Source: Nocardioides sp. (GTDB lineage: Bacteria > Actinomycetota > Actinomycetes > Propionibacteriales > Nocardioidaceae). From it: a DNA stretch of 64,000 nt. The translations under genes were made by a program, and so were the position numbers. The notes beneath the pieces are model-generated. The model had not been told where the DNA came from and ran no database searches. It worked only from the letters and a program-made list of their open reading frames with translations. The DNA is taken from contig NZ_JAYSFM010000004.1 of NCBI RefSeq assembly GCF_041913365.1, positions 34,348-98,347 of the forward strand, given 5' to 3'. Positions 18,336 to 30,307 of the stretch are shown here, in pieces. Every line of letters begins with the position of its first letter. Position 1 is the first letter of the stretch.

Positions 18336-19727
18336 TCAGTCGGCCGAGGACCGTGTCATCGAGGTGACGTCGAGGGCGGCGTCGAGCTGCTCCTCGGTGA
18401 GGTCACCCCGCTCGACGTAGCCCATCGCGATCACGGTCTCGCGGATCGTGGCGCCCTCGGCGAGGGCCTTCTTCGCGACCTTCGCCGCCTCCTCGTAGCC
18501 GATGTGGGCGTTGAGCGGTGTCACCACCGACGGCGAGGACTCGGCGTAGCGACGCATCCGCTCCGCGTCCGCGGTGATGCCGTCCACGCAGCGCTCGGCC
18601 AGCAGCACCGTGGAGGTGGAGAGCACGTGGATCGACTCGAGGAGCGCGTGCGCCATGACCGGCATCTGCACGTTGAGCTCGAACGACCCGGACGCGCCGG
18701 CCCAGGCGATGGTGGCGTCGTTGCCGACGACCCGCGCGCAGACCATCAGCGTCGCCTCGGGGAGCACCGGGTTCACCTTGCCGGGCATGATGCTCGATCC
18801 CGGCTGGAGGTCGGGCAGGTGGATCTCGGCGAGGCCGGTGGTGGGTCCGGAGGACATCCAGCGCAGGTCGTTGCAGATCTTGGTGAGCCCGACGGCGATC
18901 GTGCGGAGCACCCCGGAGAGCTCCACGAGGGAGTCGCGCGTGCCCTGCGCCTCGAAGTGGTCGCGGGCCTCGGTGAACGGCTGGCCGGTCCGCTCGGCGA
19001 GCGCGGCGATCGCCCGCTCGGCGAAGGCCGACGGGGTGTTGATCCCGGTGCCCACGGCGGTCCCGCCCAGCGGGAGCTCGCGGACCCGGGGGAGCACCGC
19101 CTCGAGCCTCTCGACGCCGAGCCGCAGCGTGGTGGCGTACGCCCCCATCTCCTGGCCGAGCGTCACGGGCGTGGCGTCCATCAGGTGGGTGCGCCCCGAC
19201 TTCACCGTGTCAGCGAACTCGGTCGCCTTGCCCTCGAACGACGTGGCGAGGCGCTCGAGCGCCGGGACGAGGTCGTCGACGACCGCGAGCGTCGCGGCGA
19301 CGTGGATGCTCGTCGGGAAGGTGTCGTTGCTGCTCTGCGAGGCGTTGACCTGGTCGTTGGGGTGGACCTCGACGCCCGCCTGCGCGGCGAGGGTGGCGAT
19401 CACCTCGTTGGCGTTCATGTTGGAGCTGGTGCCCGACCCGGTCTGGAAGACGTCGAGCGGGAACTCGCCGTCGTGCTCGCCGGCGACGATCGCGTCGGCG
19501 GCCGCGACGATGGCGTGCGCCTGCTCGTGGGTCAGGACCCCGAGCCCGGCGTTGGCGGTCGCGGCCGCGGCCTTGACGTGCGCCAGGGCCTGGACGTGCC
19601 GCGGCTGCAGGGTCAGCCCGCTGATCGGGAAGTTCTCGATCGCCCGCTGGGTCTGGGCCCGCCAGAGTGCGTCGCGAGGCACCTCGACCTCGCCCATCGA
19701 GTCGTGCTCGGTGCGTGTCTCGGTCAT
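18336..19727 (-). CDS. fumC: Class II fumarate hydratase
   Basis: [45 protein letters not shown]. Confidence 0.95.
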   Translation of the reverse strand: MTETRTEHDSMGEVEVPRDALWRAQTQRAIENFPISGLTLQPRHVQALAHVKAAAATANAGLGVLTHEQAHAIVAAADAIVAGEHDGEFPLDVFQTGSGTSSNMNANEVIATLAAQAGVEVHPNDQVNASQSSNDTFPTSIHVAATLAVVDDLVPALERLATSFEGKATEFADTVKSGRTHLMDATPVTLGQEMGAYATTLRLGVERLEAVLPRVRELPLGGTAVGTGINTPSAFAERAIAALAERTGQPFTEARDHFEAQGTRDSLVELSGVLRTIAVGLTKICNDLRWMSSGPTTGLAEIHLPDLQPGSSIMPGKVNPVLPEATLMVCARVVGNDATIAWAGASGSFELNVQMPVMAHALLESIHVLSTSTVLLAERCVDGITADAERMRRYAESSPSVVTPLNAHIGYEEAAKVAKKALAEGATIRETVIAMGYVERGDLTEEQLDAALDVTSMTRSSAD

Positions 19728-19758
19728 CGTGCGACCGTACCCCCGGCAGGATGGGGCC

Positions 19759-21642
19759 ATGCGATCACTGCGTCTCGGGATCGCCGTCGTGCTCGTGGGG
19801 GTCGGGTCCGCCTGCTCCGTGCTCGGTGGCGACGAAGCCGATCCTGCCGCCGACCTCGCCGACGACCTGGCTGCGGCGCTCTCCGAGCACTCCCTCGGCG
19901 AGGTCCCGCTGGTCGACGAGGGTGTGCGGGACGTGTTCGCGGAGGTGGTCACCCCGCTCGACGACGTGCCCGTCACCGTCTCGGTCGCCGACGTGCGGGA
20001 GGTCGACGAGGAGGGCCGGGCCGACGTGACGCTGGCGTGGCGCTGGGACGTCACCGACGCGACCCCGTGGGAGTACGACACCTCCGTGTCCCTGGTGAAC
20101 CAGGACGGGTCGGCCTGGCAGGTCGCCTGGTCGCCGGACGACCTCGCCCCCGACCTCGCCGAGGGCGACACCCTCGGCCTGCGCACCCTCACGCCCGTCC
20201 GCGGCGACATCACCGGCGACGGCGGTCAGGTGCTGGTCACCGAGCGCCCGGTGCTGCGCTACGGCCTCGACAAGACGAAGGTCGAGGGGGCCCAGGTCGC
20301 CCGCAGCGCGCGGAGGATCGCACAGGCCCTCGACGTCGACGTGGCGTCGTTCGTCGAGCGGGCCGAGGCGATGGGCCCGGACGCCTTCGTCGAGGCGGTC
20401 GTGCTGCGCGAGGACGACGCGCTCGAGGTGCTGCCGGCGTTCCGCAAGGTCCGGGGGGCGCTCGCGGTGCGCGACACCCTGCCGCTGGCGCCGACACGCG
20501 AGTTCGCCGCCGCCCTGCTCGGCCGGGTGGGACCCGCCACCGCCGAGCTCGTGGAGGGCTCCGGGGGTCGCATCGCGGCCGGCGACGAGGTCGGCGTGTC
20601 GGGGCTGCAGGCGCGCTACGACGAGCAGCTCACCGGCACCCGCGGCACGGCCGTGGTCGCCCGTGACGCGAAGGACCAGCTGCGCACCCTCTTCGAGGTG
20701 CCGGCCGTCGACGGCGCCGACCTCGTGACCACCCTCGACGCGACCCTGCAGGGCAAGGCCGAGAACGCGCTCGCGACCCTCGGCGACGACGCCCCGCCCG
20801 CCGCGCTCGTCGCGATCCGGCCGTCCGACGGGGCGGTCCTCGCGACCGCCAACGGCGTGGGCGCCGCGGGTGCGGACCTCGCCTCGACGGGCCAGTACGC
20901 CCCGGGCTCGACCTTCAAGGTCGTGAGCTCGCTCGCCCTGCTGCGCAGCGGGCTGGAGCCCGGCTCGCGCGTCTCGTGCCCGGCCACGACCGTCGTGGAC
21001 GGCCGCTCCTTCAAGAACTACGACGACTATCCGTCGTCCGCGCTCGGTGACATCACCCTGGCGCAGGCGGTGGCGCAGTCCTGCAACACCGCCTTCATCG
21101 GCAACGCCGGCAGGCTGGCGCCCGGCGACCTCACCGCCGCGGCGCAGGCCCTCGGCCTCGGCACCGACCACGACCTCGGCTTCCCGGTCTACTTCGGGCA
21201 GGTGCCGCCACCCGAGACCGAGACCGGCGCTGCGGCCGACCTGATCGGCCAGGGCACCGTGCTCGCCAGCCCGTTCGCGATGGCGACCGTCGCCGCGTCG
21301 GTGTCGGCCGGGCGCGCGGTGCTGCCGGTCCTGCTGCCCGAGCACGAGGTGCAGCAGACGCCGCCGGAGCGGCCGCTGACCGCGGCCGAGGCCGGCACGC
21401 TCCGCGGCTTCATGCGGGCGGTGGTGACCACCGGGTCGGGGCGCTTCCTCGTCGACGTACCGGGTGAGGTCGGGGCGAAGACGGGCACGGCGGAGTACGG
21501 CGAGCCCGACGCGGCCGGCGAGCTGCCCACCCACGCGTGGATGATCGCCACGCGCGGCGACCTCGCGGTCGCGGTGTTCGTCGCGACGGGTGTGTCGGGC
21601 TCGCAGACCGCTGGCCCGGTGCTGGAGGCGTTCCTGCGCTGA
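19759..21642 (+). CDS. Class B penicillin-binding protein (NTF2-like N-domain plus transpeptidase), probable lipoprotein
   Basis: SxxK (GSTFK), SxN (SCN), KTG motifs; GSAC lipobox-like. Confidence 0.88.
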   Translation: MRSLRLGIAVVLVGVGSACSVLGGDEADPAADLADDLAAALSEHSLGEVPLVDEGVRDVFAEVVTPLDDVPVTVSVADVREVDEEGRADVTLAWRWDVTDATPWEYDTSVSLVNQDGSAWQVAWSPDDLAPDLAEGDTLGLRTLTPVRGDITGDGGQVLVTERPVLRYGLDKTKVEGAQVARSARRIAQALDVDVASFVERAEAMGPDAFVEAVVLREDDALEVLPAFRKVRGALAVRDTLPLAPTREFAAALLGRVGPATAELVEGSGGRIAAGDEVGVSGLQARYDEQLTGTRGTAVVARDAKDQLRTLFEVPAVDGADLVTTLDATLQGKAENALATLGDDAPPAALVAIRPSDGAVLATANGVGAAGADLASTGQYAPGSTFKVVSSLALLRSGLEPGSRVSCPATTVVDGRSFKNYDDYPSSALGDITLAQAVAQSCNTAFIGNAGRLAPGDLTAAAQALGLGTDHDLGFPVYFGQVPPPETETGAAADLIGQGTVLASPFAMATVAASVSAGRAVLPVLLPEHEVQQTPPERPLTAAEAGTLRGFMRAVVTTGSGRFLVDVPGEVGAKTGTAEYGEPDAAGELPTHAWMIATRGDLAVAVFVATGVSGSQTAGPVLEAFLR

Positions 21643-21649
21643 GGTCCGC

Positions 21650-22072
21650 TCAGACCTTGCGCGCCCGCATGGTCGCCGTGTCGCCGGACTTGGGCTCGCG
21701 CCACACCACGCGCAGCCTCGCGCCGTCGCGGCGGGCCTTCACCGCGACCTTCTTGACGCAGTTGCCGCCAGTGGTGTCGCGGGTGATGACCTCGGTGAAG
21801 CGGTACCAGGTGCCGGAGCGACCCTTGAACCGCCACACGCCGTGGCAGCCGCCGGAGCTGACCTTCCCGTGCAGCTCGCCGGAGCGCTTGGTGATCCGGA
21901 CCTTGGCGCGGTAGCCGGCGGCGGCGCCGTTGTCGCCGAACACCTTGCCCTTCCAGGTTCCGGTGATCCTGGTGCCTGCCTCGGCGGGCGCGGCGGTGGC
22001 CGTGGGCGCCGTGAGCGAGACGGGGACGAGCAGTGCGACTGTGGTCAGCACGGTGGGCACGATCTTGTGCAT
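21650..22072 (-). CDS. Small secreted hypothetical protein
   Basis: Signal peptide MHKIVPTVLTTVALL...ATA; beta-rich, two Cys; GGGGGAACC RBS. Confidence 0.7.
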   Translation of the reverse strand: MHKIVPTVLTTVALLVPVSLTAPTATAAPAEAGTRITGTWKGKVFGDNGAAAGYRAKVRITKRSGELHGKVSSGGCHGVWRFKGRSGTWYRFTEVITRDTTGGNCVKKVAVKARRDGARLRVVWREPKSGDTATMRARKV

Positions 22073-22123
22073 GGTTCCCCCTGGGTGGACGGGCGTCACC
22101 GGGTGCGGCGCCCCTCCAGCACG

Positions 22124-22813
22124 CTAGGTCGACCGTGCGAGGTAGAGGTAGTACCCCTCCGGGCGGTCTTGGAGCAGCACGTCGTGCCGTTGCTCCTCCG
22201 CGGCGCCGAACACCTCGCGCATCACCTCGAGCAGTTCGGGCGCGGGGTTGCCGGACCAGATGACCAGCACGCCGCCGGGGGAGAGCAGGTCGCGGCACTG
22301 CTGCAGGAAGTGCTCCTCGTAGACCGCCTCGTTGGCCTGGTGGACGAGGTAGCCCGGGCCGTTGTCGACGTCGAGCAGGACCAGGTCGTACGTCGAGCGT
22401 GCCTCCGCGATGGCCATCGCGATGTCGGCGTTGACGATCGTCGCGCGCCGGTCGGCCAGGATCGCGGGACCGTGCGGCACCGTCCCCTCGCGCATCCACC
22501 GGATCAGCGGCTCCTCGATCTCCACGACCGCGGCCCGCTCCACCCGCGGGTCGGCGAGGACCCGCTGCAGGGTGAAGCCCAGGCCCAGCCCGCCGATGAG
22601 GACCGACCTCGGGTCGTCGACGAGCTCGAGCGCCTGGGCGGCGAGCTCGATCTCGCTGGTCGTCTCGAGGGTGTCCATCACGAACACGCCGTTGACGCGC
22701 AGCTCGAGCACGTCGGCCCCCGCCTCGGACGGGCGGCGGCGCAGCACGACGTCACCGCGCTCGGTCTCGGCGCGGGCGATCTCGACGATCTCGGTGCTCT
22801 CCACGGCCACCAT
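22124..22813 (-). CDS. Spermidine-synthase-like SAM methyltransferase
   Basis: VLIGGLGLGFT, VVEIE, YDLVLLDVDNGP. Confidence 0.82.
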   Translation of the reverse strand: MVAVESTEIVEIARAETERGDVVLRRRPSEAGADVLELRVNGVFVMDTLETTSEIELAAQALELVDDPRSVLIGGLGLGFTLQRVLADPRVERAAVVEIEEPLIRWMREGTVPHGPAILADRRATIVNADIAMAIAEARSTYDLVLLDVDNGPGYLVHQANEAVYEEHFLQQCRDLLSPGGVLVIWSGNPAPELLEVMREVFGAAEEQRHDVLLQDRPEGYYLYLARST

Positions 22814-22841
22814 CCTGCCGAAGGCCCACTAGGTTGCTGGG

Positions 22842-23654
22842 ATGCGGTGGCGTGCGGCGGACGGCAGGGTGCTGCACGGGTGGGTCGGCGGCGACCCCGA
22901 CGGCCCGCTGGTCGCGGTGCTGCACGGGTGCCCCGACACCCGCCACGTCGCGATGACCGGCGACGTGGCCGCGCGTGGGGCGGGGGTCCGGCTGCTGTGC
23001 GTCAGCCGGCCGGGCTACGGCGCGTCGACGGCGTACGCCTCGACGCACGCCAGCGTCGCCGACGACCTGGCGGGCGTCGTCTCCGAGCTCGGCCACGAAC
23101 GCTTCGCCGTCCTCGGCATGTCCGTCGGAGGTGGGTACGCCGTCGCCTGCGCGGCCCGGCACGCCGACCGGGTGACCGCGCTCGGTCTCGTCTCGGCGCA
23201 GCCGCCCGGCGTCCGCGAGGAGCCGGTGGAGGTGCTCGTGGACGAGTACGCCGCCGAGTTCCTGGCGTGGCGCGCGCAGGTCGCACCCGACGACCCGGAC
23301 GACGCCGCGCTCGCCGCACGCTGGCTGGCCATGCTGCCGCCGGCCGACGCGGCACTCGTCGCGCTCCGGCCGCCGGCCGAGGTCGCCGCGTCGGTCCGCG
23401 AGGCGCTGGCCGACCCGTCGGGCTACCTGCGGGACGCAGCGACCATGTCCCGGCCGTGGACCCACGGCCCGGACGAGGTGCGCTGCCCGGCGCGGGTGTG
23501 GTTCGGCGAGCTCGACGACCGCGCGGAGGCGACGGACTTCGTCCGCCGCTTCGCCGACGTCGAGGTCACGGTCCGGCCGGCGACCACGCACCTCGCCACC
23601 CTGGTCGCGCACTGGCCGGACGTGCTCGGCACCGTGCGGGACCTCTCCGGCTAG
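22842..23654 (+). CDS. Alpha/beta hydrolase
   Basis: LHGCP, GMSVGG nucleophile elbow; leaderless TAGGTT-6nt-ATG. Confidence 0.85.
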   Translation: MRWRAADGRVLHGWVGGDPDGPLVAVLHGCPDTRHVAMTGDVAARGAGVRLLCVSRPGYGASTAYASTHASVADDLAGVVSELGHERFAVLGMSVGGGYAVACAARHADRVTALGLVSAQPPGVREEPVEVLVDEYAAEFLAWRAQVAPDDPDDAALAARWLAMLPPADAALVALRPPAEVAASVREALADPSGYLRDAATMSRPWTHGPDEVRCPARVWFGELDDRAEATDFVRRFADVEVTVRPATTHLATLVAHWPDVLGTVRDLSG

Positions 23655-24325
23655 GAGACGACGGTGACGGTGATCGCCGAGTCGGTGCAGCCGGCGGCGA
23701 CGTCCTGGAGCGCGCCGACCTCGGTCGAGTCGGCCGTGAGGCTCCAGCGGATCTTCGCGGCCACCCACTCCTTGACGTAGCGGCACTGGTTGATCGGCGG
23801 CAGCCACTCGGCGACGTCCTGGTCACCCTTCGAGCGGTTGTAGGAGGCGGTGACGCCGACGAGGCTGCGGGTGTCGCCCATGTCGTTGGCGTACGCCTCG
23901 CGGCGCGCGGCCGTCCAGGTCCGGGCACCCGAGTCCCAGGCCTCGGCGAGCGGGACCAGGTGGTCGATGTCCAGCGCGGAGGCCGAGGTCTGCGACGCGC
24001 CCTCGTAGTAGGAGTACCAGCGGCCGCCGGACAGGCTGCAGCCCGAGCCGATCGTCGGCGCCTCCTCGGCCTCGGAGATGAGCACCTCCTCGCGGGTGTC
24101 GCAGCCGTCGCCGTCGGCGTCGACCCAGTGGTCGAACAGGTCGCGCGAGTAGCCGGTGCGGTCCTCCGTGCCGACCGCGATCGCGGAGATGCCGGTGGTG
24201 AGGGTGCCGCTCCACGTGGAGTCGGCGTGCGCCGACCCCGCGGTGAGGCCGACGAGGGTGCCGGAGAGGAGGAGTGTGCCTGCCGAGGTCGCGAGGACCC
24301 GCCCGAGAGAGATCATGGCGGCCAT
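23651..24325 (-). CDS. Secreted HNH nuclease (DUF1524-like)
   Basis: Signal peptide; CDTREEVL, DIDHLVPLAEAW, NRSKGDQD, WVAAKIRW. Confidence 0.82.
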   Translation of the reverse strand: MAAMISLGRVLATSAGTLLLSGTLVGLTAGSAHADSTWSGTLTTGISAIAVGTEDRTGYSRDLFDHWVDADGDGCDTREEVLISEAEEAPTIGSGCSLSGGRWYSYYEGASQTSASALDIDHLVPLAEAWDSGARTWTAARREAYANDMGDTRSLVGVTASYNRSKGDQDVAEWLPPINQCRYVKEWVAAKIRWSLTADSTEVGALQDVAAGCTDSAITVTVVS

Positions 24326-24399
24326 CCTGTGTTCGCAGGTTCGGCACGGGAACCCTCAAGTTCCTGCACTGCACGGTCCTGCGGGACTACCGTCGATCC

Positions 24400-25257
24400 G
24401 TGTACACGGTCGGTCGTGCCTCACAGCTCACGGGCGTGCCGCGGCAGACGCTCCGCAGCTGGGAGGAGCGCTACGCGCTCGTCGCGCCGCGCCGCTCGCA
24501 GGGCAACTACCGGCTCTACGACGACGAGGCGGTCCGCCGCCTCAGCGTGATGCGAGAGCTGGTCGACGCCGGGTGGGCGCCCCACGAGGCGGCGCGCCGC
24601 ATCGTCGAGGACGTCGCCGCGGCGACCGCGGGGCTGGGCGAGGACGAGGTGACCTTCGACGCGCGGATCGACGACCTCGCCGCCTGCGCGGAGGACTTCG
24701 ACGTGCCGCGGCTGGAGCAGGTGCTGACCGAGGGCTTCGCCCGCCCCGACCTGGCCTCGGTGGTCGACGACTGGCTGCTGCCGTCGCTCGTGCGGCTCGG
24801 CGCGGCGTGGCAGCGCGGCCTGGTGTCCGTGGCCGGTGAGCACTTCGTCACTGCCGCCGCGCACCGCCGTCTCGCGCACGTCTTCCAGACGCTGCCCGCC
24901 GTCCCGCGCGGGGGCCCGCGGGTGGTGACCGGCCTGGCCCGCGGCTCGCGGCACGAGCTCGGCGTGCTGGCGTTCTCGACCGTGCTGCGCTCGCGCGGGG
25001 TCGCGGTGACGTACCTCGGTGGAGACCTGCCGCTGGACGCGTGGGTCGACACCGTGCGCCTGCTGTCGCCGGCCGCCGTCGTCCTCGCCGCCCCGACCTC
25101 CGACGACCTCCCCGCCGTGCGCGACGCCGTGCAGGCGCTGCTGCCGATGACCCGGGTCCTCCTCGGCGGCGCGCACCAGTCCGAGGTCGCCGGCCCCCGC
25201 CACCTCGGGCACCGGGCCGGTGCCGCCGCGGCCGCCCTCGCCGACGAGCTCGCCTGA
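24400..25257 (+). CDS. MerR-family regulator with cobalamin-binding domain (CarH/LitR-like)
   Basis: MerR HTH (LRSWEERY...NYRLY), W-x9-EH (WQRGLVSVAGEH), HELG, TYLG; leaderless TACCGT-6nt-GTG. Confidence 0.85.
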   Translation: MYTVGRASQLTGVPRQTLRSWEERYALVAPRRSQGNYRLYDDEAVRRLSVMRELVDAGWAPHEAARRIVEDVAAATAGLGEDEVTFDARIDDLAACAEDFDVPRLEQVLTEGFARPDLASVVDDWLLPSLVRLGAAWQRGLVSVAGEHFVTAAAHRRLAHVFQTLPAVPRGGPRVVTGLARGSRHELGVLAFSTVLRSRGVAVTYLGGDLPLDAWVDTVRLLSPAAVVLAAPTSDDLPAVRDAVQALLPMTRVLLGGAHQSEVAGPRHLGHRAGAAAAALADELA

Positions 25258-25274
25258 CGACCTCCTTCCCCGGC

Positions 25275-25320
25275 GACGTGTTGCGATCCGTACGCCCCAG
25301 CGACCGCATCGCAACACGTC
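25275..25320. repeat. 46-bp hairpin repeat left of the DUF559-like gene
   Basis: 13-bp perfect stem GACGTGTTGCGAT/ATCGCAACACGTC. Confidence 0.8.
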
Positions 25321-25392
25321 CGCCAGCGAGGCTCTCCACAGATCGCCCAGTCCCTCTGGTGAGCGACCCGACGGTGCACCGACGCTCGGTGG

Positions 25393-26376
25393 ATGGACGA
25401 CCCCGCCGAGCTCCGGAGGCTGCGCGCCCAGCGGATCGCACGCATCGTCGCGACCGCGGGCGAGCAGGGCGGCGTCGTCAGCCTGGCCCAGCTGCACGCG
25501 TTCGGGGTCACCCGTTCGCAGATCCGAGCGCAGGTGTCGGCCCGGCGGTGGCGACGGGTGCACACGCAGGTCGTCGCGGTGCACACCGGACCGTTGTCCG
25601 AGCTCGGGTGCCAATGGGCTGCGGTCCTCGAGGGCGGGCCACAGGCCTACCTCGACGGCGCGTCCGCGCTGATCGCCGAGGGCCTGACCGGGTTCACCTG
25701 TGACGTCATCAGGGTGAGCGTCCCGATGGCCGCGCGGGCGAGGTCTGCGCCAGGGCTGCGGGTGGTCCGCACGCGGCGGTACGCCCCTGCCGCCGTCGTC
25801 CGGTCAGGGGTTCCCCGGGCCCGACCCGACGTCGCTGCGGTGCACGGAGCGCTGTGGGCCACGTCGGACAAGCAGGCGGTCCTGCTGCTGACGATGCCGG
25901 TCCAGCAGGGGCTCACCACCGCACAACGGATCGGGACGTCGCTCCTCCGCGTGCACCGGCACCGCCGGCGTACGTTGCTGCACGCGGCGGTCCTCGACCT
26001 CCTCGACGGCGTCCGCTCGATCAGCGAGGCGGAGTTCGCTGCCGAGTGCCGACGGCGCGGGCTGCCGAAACCGAGCCGGCAGGTGGTCCGCAAGGGCAAG
26101 GACGGCCGCTGCTACCTCGACGTGTACTGGGAGGAGTGGGGCGTCGTCGTGGAGATCGACGGCATCCAGCACTCGTGGGCGGCGAACGTCGTCGCAGACG
26201 CACTGCGCCAGAACGACATCAGCCTGGAGTCCGACGTCGTCCTGCGCCTGCCGCTCCTCGGCCTCCGCGTCGCGGCGGACGACTTCTTCGCCCAGATCAT
26301 CCGCGCGCTCCGCGACCGTGGCTGCCCCCTGGTGGGGACGTGTGACGATCCGGTCGCTGGGACGACCGCCTCGTAA
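25393..26376 (+). CDS. AbiEi-type HTH plus DUF559/Vsr-like PD-(D/E)xK nuclease protein
   Basis: QGGVVSLAQL...RRWRRVH N-terminus; SISEAEF, YLDVYW...VEIDGIQH C-terminus. Confidence 0.72.
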   Translation: MDDPAELRRLRAQRIARIVATAGEQGGVVSLAQLHAFGVTRSQIRAQVSARRWRRVHTQVVAVHTGPLSELGCQWAAVLEGGPQAYLDGASALIAEGLTGFTCDVIRVSVPMAARARSAPGLRVVRTRRYAPAAVVRSGVPRARPDVAAVHGALWATSDKQAVLLLTMPVQQGLTTAQRIGTSLLRVHRHRRRTLLHAAVLDLLDGVRSISEAEFAAECRRRGLPKPSRQVVRKGKDGRCYLDVYWEEWGVVVEIDGIQHSWAANVVADALRQNDISLESDVVLRLPLLGLRVAADDFFAQIIRALRDRGCPLVGTCDDPVAGTTAS

Positions 26377-26382
26377 CACGTC
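26337..26382. repeat. 46-bp hairpin, inverted copy of 25275-25320, containing the DUF559 stop codon
   Basis: Reverse complement matches the left hairpin at 37/46 nt. Confidence 0.8.
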
Positions 26383-26392
26383 GCGGACGGGG

Positions 26393-28087
<1,695 letters not shown>

Positions 28088-28298
28088 GGCTGCCGATCGT
28101 ACGCCGGACCGGTGCCCTCGCCGTCGCCGGTCTCGCGCCGGCCGGCACGGGGGCTTGCCGGGATGTCCGGGCAGTCACCGTTCATCGCCCGTATCGCGAA
28201 CAGCCTCTCGCGAGTAGCCTCCGAGTCGTCGGGACCCATGAGGCTCCGCGCGGCACACCACCGGCCGTCGGCCGGCGACCGAACCATGGGAGGGCACC

Positions 28299-29423
28299 TT
28301 GAACGTCCGTACGTCACTCGTCTCGCTCGCCGCGTTGGCGACCCTCGCAGCCGCAGCCGGCTGCGCGGCCCCTGAGAAGGAGGCCGACACCACCACCGAG
28401 AGCGGCGTCGACGCCGCCACCGCGACGTCCGCCGAGGACTTCGGCAGCATGGACGACCTGGTGAAGGCCGCCCAGGACGAGGGCGAGCTCAACGTCATCG
28501 CGCTGCCGCCCGACTGGGCCAACTACGGCGAGATCATCTCGACCTTCGAGGACAAGTACGACATCAAGGTCAACTCCGACCAGCCCGACGGGGCCTCGCA
28601 GGACGAGATCAACGCCGCCAACGACCTCAAGGGCACCGACAAGGCGCCCGACGTCTTCGACCTCGGTCAGTCGGTGGCGCTGGCCAACACCGACATGTTC
28701 GCGCCCTACCAGGTCGAGACCTGGGACGACATCCCCGACGAGTTCAAGGCGCCCGACGGCGCCTGGGTCAACGACTACGGCGGCTACATGTCCATCGGCT
28801 ACGACTCGGCCAAGGTGCCCGACGTGACGTCGGTGGCCGACCTGCTCAAGCCCGAGTTCAAGGGGGCCGTGGCGCTCAACGGCGACCCGACGCAGGCCGG
28901 CGCCGCGTTCAGCGGCGTGATGATGGCGGCGATCGCCAACGGCGGCTCGGCCGACGACATCGCGCCCGGCGTCGACTTCTTCTCCGACCTCAAGAAGGCC
29001 GGCAACTTCCTGCCCGTCGACCCCGACTCCGGCACGATCGAGTCCGGCGCGACGCCGGTCGTCATCGACTGGGACTACCTCGGCGCGGCCGCCGCGGCCA
29101 ACGTCGACACGTGGAAGACGGTCGTCCCGGAGGAGGCCGTCGTCGCGGGCTACTACTTCCAGGCGATCAACGCCGACGCCCCCCACCCGGCGGCCGCCCG
29201 CCTCTGGCAGGAGTTCCTCTACAGCGACGAGGGGCAGAACCTCTGGCTCAAGGGCGGCGCCCGGCCCGTCCGCGGTGACGCGATGGCCGAGGCCGGCACC
29301 ATCGACGCGGACCTCTGGGGCGCGCTCCCCGAGGTGAGCGGCGAGCCGGTGATCCCGACCGACGAGCAGACCACCAAGGCCGGCGAGTACCTCGCCGACA
29401 ACTGGTCCAAGGTCATCAGCTGA
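28299..29423 (+). CDS. ABC substrate-binding lipoprotein (PotD/AfuA-like)
   Basis: AAGC lipobox; NADAPHPAAARLWQEFLYSDEGQ; TTG start after GGAGGG. Confidence 0.85.
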   Translation: MNVRTSLVSLAALATLAAAAGCAAPEKEADTTTESGVDAATATSAEDFGSMDDLVKAAQDEGELNVIALPPDWANYGEIISTFEDKYDIKVNSDQPDGASQDEINAANDLKGTDKAPDVFDLGQSVALANTDMFAPYQVETWDDIPDEFKAPDGAWVNDYGGYMSIGYDSAKVPDVTSVADLLKPEFKGAVALNGDPTQAGAAFSGVMMAAIANGGSADDIAPGVDFFSDLKKAGNFLPVDPDSGTIESGATPVVIDWDYLGAAAAANVDTWKTVVPEEAVVAGYYFQAINADAPHPAAARLWQEFLYSDEGQNLWLKGGARPVRGDAMAEAGTIDADLWGALPEVSGEPVIPTDEQTTKAGEYLADNWSKVIS

Positions 29424-30307
29424 GCACGGCGGCACCTGCGGAGGCAGGCACCGGCCGGCGGATCCACGTCGGCCGGTACCTGCCCACGCTCCCGTTCTTC
29501 GGGTTCCTCGCGATCTTCCTGCTGGTCCCGACGATCACCGTGGTCATCGGCGCCTTCCAGGACGGCGAGACCGGCGGCTTCACGATGGGCAACATCGAGG
29601 CCCTGACGTCCTCGGCCGCGGTCGACGCGCTGCGCAAGAGCGTGCTGCTCTCAGCGACGACGGCACTGCTGGGCGGGGTGCTCGGCGCCGTGCTGGCCTA
29701 CCTGATCGTGTCCCTGGGCCCGCGCAGCCTGGTCCGTCGTACGACCCTGTCCATCGCGGGGGTGCTCGCCCAGTTCGGCGGCGTCACGCTCGCCTTCGCC
29801 TGGATCTCGCTGCTGGGCTTCTCCGGACTCCTCACCGAGATCCTGCGATCCTGGCCGGGGATCGACATCTACGGCTCCGGCTGGCTCTACGGCCTCAACG
29901 GCCTGATCGTCGTCTACACCTACTTCCAGGTGCCGCTGATGGTCATCGTCTTCACGCCCGCGCTCGAAGGCCTCAAGACCGAGCTGAAGGAGGCGGCGGT
30001 CAACCTCGGCGCGACGAACGTGCAGTACTGGCGGATGGTCGCCATCCCGCTGCTGACTCCGGCCTTCCTCGGCTCGGTGCTGCTGCTCTTCGCCAACGCC
30101 TTCGCGGCCTACGCCACGGCCGCGATCCTGGTCAGCCAGGGCAACCCGATCGTCCCGCTGCTGATCCGCTCCGCGCTGACCAGCGAGGTGCTGCTCGGCC
30201 AGCAGAACCTCGGCTTCGCGCTGGCCGCCCAGATGATCGTCGTCGTGGCGCTCGTGATGGGGCTCTACGCCCTGCTGCTCCGTCGTACGTCGAGGTGGTT
30301 GCGGTGA
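29420..30307 (+). CDS. ABC permease, probable non-canonical CTG start
   Basis: EAAVNLGA loop; first TM helix lies upstream of the first GTG (29540); CTGA overlap with the upstream stop. Confidence 0.8.
   Translation: MSTAAPAEAGTGRRIHVGRYLPTLPFFGFLAIFLLVPTITVVIGAFQDGETGGFTMGNIEALTSSAAVDALRKSVLLSATTALLGGVLGAVLAYLIVSLGPRSLVRRTTLSIAGVLAQFGGVTLAFAWISLLGFSGLLTEILRSWPGIDIYGSGWLYGLNGLIVVYTYFQVPLMVIVFTPALEGLKTELKEAAVNLGATNVQYWRMVAIPLLTPAFLGSVLLLFANAFAAYATAAILVSQGNPIVPLLIRSALTSEVLLGQQNLGFALAAQMIVVVALVMGLYALLLRRTSRWLR

Noticed and set aside
25275-26382. Classical insertion sequence
   Set aside because: No DDE, HUH or serine/tyrosine recombinase motif and no target-site duplication (flanks CCCGGC / GCGGAC); kept only as a hypothesis under findings.
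28088-28298. TPP or other riboswitch upstream of the ABC importer
   Set aside because: No GCTGAGA/CCTGAT TPP core or other aptamer signature was seen.
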